Positions 19,792 through 28,700 of a stretch of 64,000 nucleotides of DNA are shown here, piece by piece. The position numbers were made by a program, and so were the translations under genes. The stretch covers positions 80,096-144,095 of the forward strand of contig CAISZI010000047.1 of the NCBI GenBank assembly GCA_903889905.1. Direction: 5' to 3'. The notes below the pieces were generated by a model. The model saw only the letters and a program-made list of their open reading frames with translations. It was not told the DNA's origin and did not search any database. Numbering within the stretch: the first letter of the stretch is position 1; every line of letters begins with the position of its first letter. Source of the DNA: Candidatus Wirthbacteria bacterium. GTDB taxonomy: Bacteria > Patescibacteriota > CG2-30-54-11.

Positions 19792-20799
19792 ATGTCATTT
19801 ACCAAACGTTATGTCTCTGGCCTCAATCCCAGCTCCGCCAAAGGATTACACCTGGGCAATTACCTGGGCGCCGTCAAACAGCATGTCGAATTCCAGGACC
19901 AGGGTGAAGGCTTTTTCTTTATTGCCAACCTGCACGCTCTCAATTCCATTTTTGACCGTGCAACCTTTGACACCAATACGCACAACACCTACCTCGATTT
20001 CCTGGCGCTCGGGCTGGATCCGGCGAAATGCACGTTCTATATCGAATCCGACATTCCGGCCATACCCTATCTCCAAACAATTTTGAACAACTGTGTCACG
20101 GTTGGCGAAATGAAGCGTATGCACGCCTACAAAGACAAACTCCAAGGTGACACCGATCCCGACACCATCAACATGGGGCTGTTTAACTACCCGATTTTGA
20201 TGGCCGCCGATATTCTGGTCTTCAACCCCGACAGTGTGCCCGTGGGCAAAGACCAGCAGCAGCATGTTGAAATTTGCCGCGAGATGGCCAAGACGTTCAA
20301 TAACCGCTATGGCAAAACGTTTAAAGAACCCGAAGCGTATATCAAAAAAGAAGCCGCTGCCGTGCTTGGCACCGACGGCGAACGCAAAATGTCCAAAACC
20401 CTGGGCAATGACATCACGATTTTTGCCGACGAAAAAGTAATATACAAACAGGTCATGGGCACGATCACCGACCGCAATCGCATTCACCCCACCGACCCGG
20501 GCGACCCGGCCAAAAACGTGCTGTTCAGTTACATGCGCTTTCTCAATTTCGATGCTGCCAAACTTGCTGACTACGAAGCCAAATATCGCGCCGGCACCAT
20601 CGGCGACGTACAGATCAAAAAAGACTTCTACGAACATTTTCTCAATTATTTTGCTGCCCAGCGACAAAAACGTGCCGAACTGGTTGCCAACCCCGACTAT
20701 GTCACCAAAGTGCGCGCTGAAGCCGCCGCCCAAGCCAACGCCATCGCCAACCAGATGCTGGAACGGGTCAAGCTGGCCGTGGGCATAAAGTCGGCATAA
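19792..20799 (+). CDS. trpS: tryptophanyl-tRNA synthetase
   Basis: HIGH-type motif (GLHLGNY), KMSKT motif, class I Trp/Tyr-RS core, about 335 aa. Confidence 0.95.
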   Translation: MSFTKRYVSGLNPSSAKGLHLGNYLGAVKQHVEFQDQGEGFFFIANLHALNSIFDRATFDTNTHNTYLDFLALGLDPAKCTFYIESDIPAIPYLQTILNNCVTVGEMKRMHAYKDKLQGDTDPDTINMGLFNYPILMAADILVFNPDSVPVGKDQQQHVEICREMAKTFNNRYGKTFKEPEAYIKKEAAAVLGTDGERKMSKTLGNDITIFADEKVIYKQVMGTITDRNRIHPTDPGDPAKNVLFSYMRFLNFDAAKLADYEAKYRAGTIGDVQIKKDFYEHFLNYFAAQRQKRAELVANPDYVTKVRAEAAAQANAIANQMLERVKLAVGIKSA

Positions 20800-20822
20800 A
20801 AACGACCAACTGGCTCAATTTT

Positions 20823-20855
20823 CTCCGTCAAGACTGACGGAGTTTGTTTTTTGTG
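20823..20855 (+). terminator. intrinsic terminator after trpS
   Basis: CTCCGTCA-AGAC-TGACGGAG hairpin followed by TTTGTTTTTTGTG. Confidence 0.65.
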
Positions 20856-20894
20856 TTAAAATTATACCCTTTGCTTATTATTTCCAAGGTGCCT

Positions 20895-23800
20895 ATGCAA
20901 CGGTTACGCTGGTTTGTCCTGATGGTTATCGCCACGCTGTTGACGACGACAATGCCCGCAATGACAGTCAAGGCGGCAACTACCCCTAGCCCGATCAATA
21001 TCATCAAACCACTCCCTATTGCCGACACTCCCCTGACCGGTCTGATCGTCAAACTCAAAGACGGCATCGCTGAAAGCTATCTGCAGAACCTGATTACTCC
21101 CCCCAAAACGACTTTGCCCGTGACGACCGCAAAAAAGACACTTGCAACCACGCAACCCATTATCAAAGTAAGCACTGCAAGTTTGACACGCTTGTACAAC
21201 ATTGGTAGTGATGGAACGAAAAACCCCGCCACAATCAGCCCACCCAGACTTTATCTGATCAACACAGACACCACCACGGCAGACGTTCTTAGCAAAACCC
21301 TGCTCAGTGATGGTAAGGTGGATTATGTCGAAAAAAATCTGACTCGCTCCACCTCTGCCGAGCCCAATGACCCTTATTTTAGCCAGCAGTGGGCTCTCAA
21401 CAATTCCGGTCAAAATTTCGGTACTGCGGGCGCAGACATTCAGGCCATCAATGCCTGGACCCTGCAACCCGCAAAAACGCCTATTACCGTGGCAGTGCTC
21501 GATACCGGCGCTGACCTGGCACACGAAGACCTGGTCGGCAATTTCTGGACTAATAACAAAGAAATTCCCGGCAATGGCATCGATGATGATGGCAATGGCT
21601 ATGTCGACGACACGCTGGGATGGAACTTTGTCAGCAACAACAATCAACCCGTCGACGGCAGTGGCCATGGCACCCACGTCAGCGGCATTATCGCAGCCAC
21701 CCGCGACAACAACAAAGGGATTGCCGGCATTTGTGGCAACGACGCAGCGCTTGGTATCAGTGGCTGCAAACTGATGGAACTCAAGGTGTGTAATGACAAC
21801 AATAGCTGCAATTATTGGGACATCATCCGGGGTATTGTGTATGCCGTCGACAATGGCGCTCAAGTCATCAACCTGAGTTTGGGTTCTACGGCTTACTCAC
21901 AATCTGAACAGGACGCCATTACTTATGCCTGGAACCGTGGGGTTGTGGTGGTCGCCGCAGCAGGCAATAACAGCACGAACACCCGCGTTTATCCGGCGGC
22001 CAATGATCATGTACTGGCGGTCGCCGCAACCGACAATGGCGACAATCCGGCTTATTTTTCCAGTTATGGTGACTGGGTGGATCTGGCGGCGCCTGGGGAT
22101 ACCATCCTCAGCACGACGTTAAATAACGGCTACCGGACCTTGAGCGGGACGTCCATGGCCTCGCCGCATGTGGCGGCGGTTGCTGCCCTGGCCAAAATGC
22201 AGCATCCCTCCTGGACCAATGACCAGATCGCGACTTTGCTGCAATCTTCTGCAACTTCCATCGACAATCACTATATGACCTATGCCGGCCTAATCGGAAC
22301 AGGTCGCGTGAGTGCCTATGCAGCACTGGCCAACGACAACCTCATGACCTCACAATTGCTTACGCCACTTCTCTATGGAACTTACAACGGAGCACAGATA
22401 AATATCGTCGGCAGTGTTACCAACTGGAGTGAGACGGGTACAACCTCTCAGCTGCGGTGGAATCTAGAATTCGCCAGCGCCAACTCTCCGGACACATGGA
22501 CCTTCCTCACTCCACTTGCTGTTCCCCGCTTCTACCCCAACGCCGAGTTGCTCGCGACCTGGGACATCCATACGCTGGTGGACGGCAGGTACTACCTTCG
22601 TTTTACTGCCAACACGTACTCCTCGATGAAACGCCCTTTTCCCGCCGGCGAGCTACTCTATCCCTTTCGCCAATTGGTCAAAATCATCCCCATTAACATT
22701 GATCACACCTCGCCCGTGGTCCAACAACCAGGCTGGCCCCAAAACACCACGGGTAGCAGCATCTTTTCATCGCCACTGATCACTGACCTGGACGTTCCCG
22801 GCACCTCTTTCAATGGCCAGGAAGTCATTGCCGGCGACATTGGCGGCAACCTGTATGTCTGGAATGTCGACGGCTCAATACGCAGTGGTTTTCCCAAAAG
22901 AATCAGCTCGCCCGGTGATGGTATTTATGGCGCGATCAGCGCCGCTGACATTGATGGCGACGGCAAACAGGAACTGTTTGGTACCACGTTTAATGGCAAT
23001 GTCTTTGCCATACGCAATGATAGCTCACCCGTTGCTGGCTGGGAAACTCCCAAACAAATGGCCAGAATGTGGGCCGTTGCACCCATCCTGGCCGACATCA
23101 ACAATGACCACAAGCTCGAAGTCATCGTGGTCGATGGCAATGGCACACTTAATGTCTGGAAAACCGACGGCACTCTACTTTGGACCAGAACACTCGCTGG
23201 TGGAGTCATTCATTCTACCCCAGCTGTGGCAGACATCAACCGTGATGGCAACAAGGAAATAGTCATTGGCACGGCTAACAAACAACTGTTTGTGGTTAGT
23301 GGCGACGGCGTTGTGACTCAAATCGCCACAACCGCCGGCAGTGTTAATGGCGAAATTATTCTGGCTGATCTGGACCAAAACAATTCTGACCTGGAAATCA
23401 TCGTGCCTTCCAACAATTCGTCGACTGATGGCAGCGTGCAGGCCTTTGAACCAAACGGTGCTCTGCGCTGGCAAAACAACATTGCTTCTTCTCTCTACGA
23501 TTTGGCGGTAGGCAAATTGGATTCGTCCAAAACCACTTTAAGCGTCGTCACGGGTGACTTAAACGGCAAAGTTGCTGTTTGGGACGCAGCTGGCATTGGC
23601 GGCAATATCGCCACACTGGACAGCGCCATCAAATCCCAACCACTTGTCGCTGATTTCAATGGTGATGGCCAACAGGAAATTCTCGTCACCAGTTCCACCG
23701 GCAAAGTGTATGTGATGAACAAAACTGGAACCCAATTGCTCGCGCAACCCTACCCATTATCGACAGGTGTCGAAAACGCATCTCCCACGATCGGCAGTGT

Positions 23801-24185
23801 CGATCAAAACGGCAATATTGAAGTCGCTTTTGGCAGTACAGATGGCAAAGTTCAACTGCTAAGTTTCAAAGGCGCACTGACCGCAACGTCGGTTGAATGG
23901 GGAACGTACCATGGGAACAATACCCGTACCGGCGAATACAGTCATCTATCCACCCAGGCTGGCGACGCCACGCTCAATGGCACGATCAGCTCGCTCGATG
24001 CCTATTATGTCTCACAATACCTGGCCGGCTCCATGACACTCTCAGCACAAGCCTACGAAAACGGGGCAAAAATGTGGGCACCTTATGACTCCATCACCAG
24101 CGCCGACACCATGGCCATTTTGTATTGCTCAGCCAGCGGTTTGCCATACCCACGCTGTCTGGGTGGATTTGTGGCGCAAAACTAA
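20895..24185 (+). CDS. secreted subtilisin-like serine protease (peptidase S8) with C-terminal FG-GAP/beta-propeller repeats and a dockerin-like tail
   Basis: Signal peptide (start MQRLRWFVLMVIATLL with AAGGTG RBS). S8 catalytic triad motifs VAVLDTGAD, GHGTHVSG, GTSMASPHVA. At least six DxDGDG/DINxDxxxE FG-GAP-like repeats. C-terminal GDATLNGTISSLDAYYVSQYLAG resembles a dockerin Ca-binding segment. Confidence 0.8.
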   Translation: MQRLRWFVLMVIATLLTTTMPAMTVKAATTPSPINIIKPLPIADTPLTGLIVKLKDGIAESYLQNLITPPKTTLPVTTAKKTLATTQPIIKVSTASLTRLYNIGSDGTKNPATISPPRLYLINTDTTTADVLSKTLLSDGKVDYVEKNLTRSTSAEPNDPYFSQQWALNNSGQNFGTAGADIQAINAWTLQPAKTPITVAVLDTGADLAHEDLVGNFWTNNKEIPGNGIDDDGNGYVDDTLGWNFVSNNNQPVDGSGHGTHVSGIIAATRDNNKGIAGICGNDAALGISGCKLMELKVCNDNNSCNYWDIIRGIVYAVDNGAQVINLSLGSTAYSQSEQDAITYAWNRGVVVVAAAGNNSTNTRVYPAANDHVLAVAATDNGDNPAYFSSYGDWVDLAAPGDTILSTTLNNGYRTLSGTSMASPHVAAVAALAKMQHPSWTNDQIATLLQSSATSIDNHYMTYAGLIGTGRVSAYAALANDNLMTSQLLTPLLYGTYNGAQINIVGSVTNWSETGTTSQLRWNLEFASANSPDTWTFLTPLAVPRFYPNAELLATWDIHTLVDGRYYLRFTANTYSSMKRPFPAGELLYPFRQLVKIIPINIDHTSPVVQQPGWPQNTTGSSIFSSPLITDLDVPGTSFNGQEVIAGDIGGNLYVWNVDGSIRSGFPKRISSPGDGIYGAISAADIDGDGKQELFGTTFNGNVFAIRNDSSPVAGWETPKQMARMWAVAPILADINNDHKLEVIVVDGNGTLNVWKTDGTLLWTRTLAGGVIHSTPAVADINRDGNKEIVIGTANKQLFVVSGDGVVTQIATTAGSVNGEIILADLDQNNSDLEIIVPSNNSSTDGSVQAFEPNGALRWQNNIASSLYDLAVGKLDSSKTTLSVVTGDLNGKVAVWDAAGIGGNIATLDSAIKSQPLVADFNGDGQQEILVTSSTGKVYVMNKTGTQLLAQPYPLSTGVENASPTIGSVDQNGNIEVAFGSTDGKVQLLSFKGALTATSVEWGTYHGNNTRTGEYSHLSTQAGDATLNGTISSLDAYYVSQYLAGSMTLSAQAYENGAKMWAPYDSITSADTMAILYCSASGLPYPRCLGGFVAQN

Positions 24186-24197
24186 TCCGTTTCTACT

Positions 24198-24599
24198 TCA
24201 GGGCTCTCCTTGGCTAACTTTACTGATACAAATTGACTGTTTGCTATCAAATTTATAATACCAGTCACCACCACTGTAATTGGTCAGTGATCTTATTTTG
24301 CCACCCAGAACTTGGCAGGCCAATGGATTGGTGATGAAACAGCCTTGTGCATAGCCTGAATCGTGCGGCCCAAAATCTCCAACATCATAGTAATAGTTCC
24401 GTCTTGTTCCACCCAACAAACTGCAGAACATGGAGTTGGTACTGCCGAGTTTGTTTTGATAAACCCCACCTGCTTCATTAATATTTTTCAGCAGCACGAA
24501 GACACAACCGGCGGCAAGAATCAGCACAACAGCAACTATTATAATGATCTTGATATGGCGCTTTATCCAGAAAATCACCATTTTGATTATGGAAAACAA
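24198..24599 (-). CDS. small Cys-rich type-II membrane-anchored protein, paralog 1 (N-terminally truncated relative to its paralogs)
   Basis: TM IKIIIIVAVVLILAAGCVFVLL, then an ectodomain with CSLLGGT and GCFITNPLACQVLGGKI motifs. The ancestral start ATG is followed by TAA, where the paralogs have TCA. Confidence 0.5.
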   Translation of the reverse strand: MFSIIKMVIFWIKRHIKIIIIVAVVLILAAGCVFVLLKNINEAGGVYQNKLGSTNSMFCSLLGGTRRNYYYDVGDFGPHDSGYAQGCFITNPLACQVLGGKIRSLTNYSGGDWYYKFDSKQSICISKVSQGEP

Positions 24600-24660
24600 A
24601 TGGGCAAAAGTTGGAAATGTTTCTTTGATTTACATTGCAAATCACCTTAAACTTATAAGC

Positions 24661-25086
24661 CTAGAATCTAACTCCATTACAAGAATCTGCCGCATTTTGA
24701 GTCTGACAAATTGGTTTATTTGAAGTGCCTTGGAACTCATCGCCGCACGTTTTTGGTACTAATTTTCCACCTGCTATAAAACAAGTATCAGGTGAAGTAA
24801 CAAAACAAGTACTTTTGAAATTGTTGTATTTGTCTTGAGGTGGCAGCAAGATAGTTCTATATTCGCCACCGATAACAGCGCATGTTAATGAATTATTGAT
24901 TAAACTTGAATTATAAGTAAATATTGAGGAATAATTTCCAAGCGTCGTTGATTCCCCAACCAATCCATAACGAAACAAAAAGTACATGCCTAAAACTAAA
25001 ATTATTACAATCCGATTGATCCGTAACTTTCGCCAATTTACGATGAAAGAATGATAGAAACTCGACATCGTTTCTTTGAATGCCAT
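24661..25086 (-). CDS. small Cys-rich type-II membrane-anchored protein, paralog 2
   Basis: N-terminus MAFKET..., TM helix, ectodomain with CAVIGGEY and CFVTSPDTCFIAGGKL motifs. Confidence 0.55.
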   Translation of the reverse strand: MAFKETMSSFYHSFIVNWRKLRINRIVIILVLGMYFLFRYGLVGESTTLGNYSSIFTYNSSLINNSLTCAVIGGEYRTILLPPQDKYNNFKSTCFVTSPDTCFIAGGKLVPKTCGDEFQGTSNKPICQTQNAADSCNGVRF

Positions 25087-25160
25087 GTTTATTTACCTTT
25101 AAAAAAAATTGGCACGACTTTATAATTCAGTTGCAAATCCGTGTAATTCCCACTCGGCTT
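25087..25160 (-). repeat. duplicated copy of the last ~70 nt (C-terminal SGNYTDLQLNYKVVPIF plus stop) of the 1447-aa gene
   Basis: Near-identical to 25797-25870 (4 substitutions); lies immediately upstream of the paralog 2 start. Confidence 0.6.
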
Positions 25161-25163
25161 CAA

Positions 25164-25604
25164 TTAATAATCGGATAAATTTCTAAAAGTGCAGACCGAT
25201 TGCATGCTGTTAAACTTAATAGATGGTCCATCGACACCTTCAGCTCGTGCTGTTATTGTAATGATTTTCCCTCCAATCATGACACAGGCTAAGGGACTTG
25301 ATATAAAACATCCATGGTCGTGAATGCTAGTATCGACGCCAGGTGTCCACCCGCCGTTAGAGGTATACTCCAAATAACTCCCACCCATAACTCCACAAAG
25401 CAACGCGCTGTGGCTGGCGAGCTTGTTGTGATAAACACCAACTAAAATATTGATATTAAGCAAGACGAAAACACAATATACAGCAATTATCAGCGTTATC
25501 TTGACCCAACGTTTCAACTGGGTAAAACTTAATATAATTTTGGTTAACAGGTTTACAAAAGTCGGAAAGATTTCCTTAACAGACATAGTGTTCCCTAAAA
25601 ACAA
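25164..25604 (-). CDS. small Cys-rich type-II membrane-anchored protein, paralog 3
   Basis: Likely start MSVKEIFPTF (25586). TM ITLIIAVYCVFVLL; ectodomain motifs CGVMGGSY and GCFISSPLACVMIGGKI closely match paralog 1. Confidence 0.55.
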   Translation of the reverse strand: MFLGNTMSVKEIFPTFVNLLTKIILSFTQLKRWVKITLIIAVYCVFVLLNINILVGVYHNKLASHSALLCGVMGGSYLEYTSNGGWTPGVDTSIHDHGCFISSPLACVMIGGKIITITARAEGVDGPSIKFNSMQSVCTFRNLSDY

Positions 25605-25653
25605 TGTTAATTCTACAAGCTAACGGTACCACAAGTATTATAAGTTTATCCCC

Positions 25654-25782
25654 ACAAATTCTTGGTAAGAATCCCCCCCGCAACGAGCAGTATCCTCTTG
25701 GACTTTTTGTAACTTGGCTATCAACGACTTAATTCTGGGAATTGGAACGATAAAACTCGGAAAGGCTTCTTTGATTGACATA
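25654..25782 (-). pseudogene. N-terminal fragment (MSIKEAFPSF..., about 45 codons then stop) of the same small-protein family
   Basis: Conserved N-terminal motif MS(I/V)KE(A/I)FP(S/T)F followed by a premature stop; no TM or Cys-rich domain. Confidence 0.4.
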
Positions 25783-25793
25783 GCTTTTTACCT

Positions 25794-28700
25794 TTAAAAA
25801 ATCGGCACGACCTTATAATTCAGCTGCAAATCCGTGTAATTTCCACTCGGCTGCAGGTTGTTGGATTCAAATTTAAACGTGAGATAGGCAAAATCCTTGC
25901 CCTCGATCTCACCTGAGCTTGCGGTTCCGTTATACAGGACTTCATAAAACTGCTTGAGGTCATCAAACCCAGCCCAGGTATCAGGATTGGCAAAACGATT
26001 ATGGGTACCGGTCCCCAGTGACCCATCACTGGTGTGGTAGCCGACAAACGCCGTATCCTCACCCACGGTTGTGCCCAACGGCGAGGCCCAGGCAACGGGC
26101 GCGGCATTGGTACCGACAGTGCCATTTTTGACAAAATCCACCACCACCGACGAATTGGTCTGCAAAGCCATTTTCTGGCTGGCGCTAATGTAGACGCTAT
26201 AACCCGATTGGGCATTGGAAACAATGCTGACTTTCTCTACCGCGGTTTTGGGTACGTTGGGCAAGACCTGGGTGATGGCCACCAAACCGTTTTGCCCACT
26301 CAAATCGATCTCGCCGCGATTCGTGCCTTCCAATACCAGCGAAAGCGAAGGTTGAATCCAGGTCGTAAGCTGCGCGTTGTTGGAAAAGGGCGTTTCCAGC
26401 TCGTCGGTGTTGCGCGCTTTCACTTTGACCGTATAGGTTTCGCCTCCGCTCAAGCCGCTGAGCAAAATCCCGCCTTCGCTGCCGAAGTCAGCGTAGGACT
26501 TCCAGTCCGCAGCATGCAACGTGGTGGCCAGCGTCAAATTGGCCTGCACATAACGTGTGTCGTGCACAAAATTATCTGAGGATATTGCCACCGCGAGCAG
26601 CACGGAAGCGGGATTGCTGCCATTGTCCAAAATCACATGCATTTTGGTGTAGTCACCATTACTGAGTATGGGTGCTCCCGGCGTGTTGGCGGCCGTATAA
26701 CGACTCAAAACGCTGCTGTATGCGGAATTCCCCGCGCCGTTCTGGGCTCGAATTTTGTAAACATGAAACGTATTGGGCAGCAGGCTGGTGTGGGCAAATG
26801 TGGTCACATTGGCGGCGGGTGCGTTGAGTTGAGTAAACATGCTGCCGTCCGTGGAATGTTGCAAATCGAAACTGTCTTCCTGGGATTGGCCACTGGCGTT
26901 GTCGGTCCAGCTGAGGCTGATCGCCGTTGGCGTGATCGACGTTGCAACCAGCAAACTAGGAGCCGCAGGGCTGTCCTGCATACCAAAAGCTGCGGGAGAA
27001 CTCCAGACCCCGGTATTGCCTTCCGCATCCCAAAAGCGAAGACGATAATAATACGTAACATTGCCATCATTGGTCGTCAGGCTTTGCAAAGGTGTGCTGC
27101 CAAAGCTGCCATAGACCAGATTGGAGTTGCGGCTGCCGATGTTGACGGATGCAATTGCTGTGCCACTTGCGCCACTGTCCCAGTGCGTAATTGAACCAAA
27201 AGAATTGTCGGTTGAAACCTGTATTTCGGCTTTGGTCGCGGTGTCACCACTGTCGGCATCCTGGTAGACTGCGCTAAAAGCGGGTGTGCTGCTGGTCAAA
27301 CTGATCGGGTTGGCACGACCGGTTTGAGCCGAAGTATTGTCGACATAGAGCGTTGTCGGCGCTGCTGGCGCGTTTTGGTAATCCAATGTAATCGAACTCA
27401 ATTGTGGCGAAGGACCCGTAAAATAGGTGCGAAAAGCAAAGGCACCGCTGCCGACTTCACTGACAAAACTGCTCACATTACTGTTCACTGTACTGGCATC
27501 ATTGCCAATCAGGCCATTGGGAGCCACCACCCAGGCGTTGCCTTGATGCATGTACCAGGTGCTGCCACCATCATTGGAAAGTTGGTAAGTCAGCAACCCG
27601 TTATGTCCACCACCGGTTACTTCGTCAAAGCCAACCAGTTTGGTAAAAATGGGTCGATATGTGGCATTGGAAATCGTCGGCACAAATTCGCTGCGACTGA
27701 TGTTTTTGGCATTCACCAACGCAGCAATCTGACCGGAATTAAATGGCGCGTCAGCAATGCGGACTTCGGCGATCACGGCATCGGCTTGATTTTGGTCACT
27801 TATATCCGCGCCCACATGAATCGTACTCCCCAACGATGGCGGATTAAAACCACCGCTGACTGCTCCGGCCACCCCATTGACATAAAGCTGCATGTCACCA
27901 CTCCCCCAATTGGCCACCACCTGGTACCATTTCCCTGGCACCCATACCGACACATCAAACGTGGCGTCATGTACTCCGTCGTTCAAGGTCAACTGTCCCG
28001 CGCTGGATTTGAAGAGTTTGAATTGACCGACGCTCGTGTCAAGTGTGAATAACGCATGTTCAACCCCATCAGTGCCACGCCAAAGTGGTTCCACCCACAA
28101 ACTGAGGCTGCCCGCCGCTGCCTGCACATGACCAGTGGTCAAAAAATGCAACACGTCGTCGCTCCGGGTACTGGTACTGTTGTTGGCCGAACCGGTCCAG
28201 GCGTAACCCGTTCCCAGCGAACCATCACAATAACTGGTGCTGGCCTGGTTGGCCTCAACCTGGAAACCATCAAGATAGAGATGCTGCCCGGCTTTGACCG
28301 CCACCCCAAAATCTTTGACGGCAAGGCTGGCACTCACATTTTCGGCTGCCAATCGCCACCAGCCCCCGCCCAAATTTTGATATATTGTCGTGACCGTCGC
28401 ATTATCATAATAAAGTTCGGCTACACTATTCGTCACTGTTCCACCCAGACTACCTGATGTGGCATTGTAAACAAAGGCCGACAGACTGACCGTGCTGGCG
28501 CCAGGATTCAGAGCCGTCGTATAGGTGCCGTCCGCATACAGATAAGTGTTGTCCAATTTGACCGAATGCGCCCCAAAGCGGGCAAAACTGACACTGCTGT
28601 TGTTACTCGCCGAAAGTCCGGATGACGACCAATGACTGTTGTAGGTGCCCGCCTCAAAGGACGGATTTAATACCAGATTGCTGGTGCCGCGCTCAATCAC

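Noticed and set aside
19846-20733. 295-aa minus-strand ORF antisense to trpS
   Set aside because: Fully nested antisense to a confidently identified aminoacyl-tRNA synthetase; Gly/Val/Phe-rich repetitive translation.
25087-25870. Duplicated 70-nt 3' gene fragment interpreted as a diversity-generating retroelement TR/VR pair
   Set aside because: No reverse transcriptase ORF in the window. The four differences between copies are not adenine-specific (a>g and g>a changes). The fragment is far shorter than typical TR/VR.
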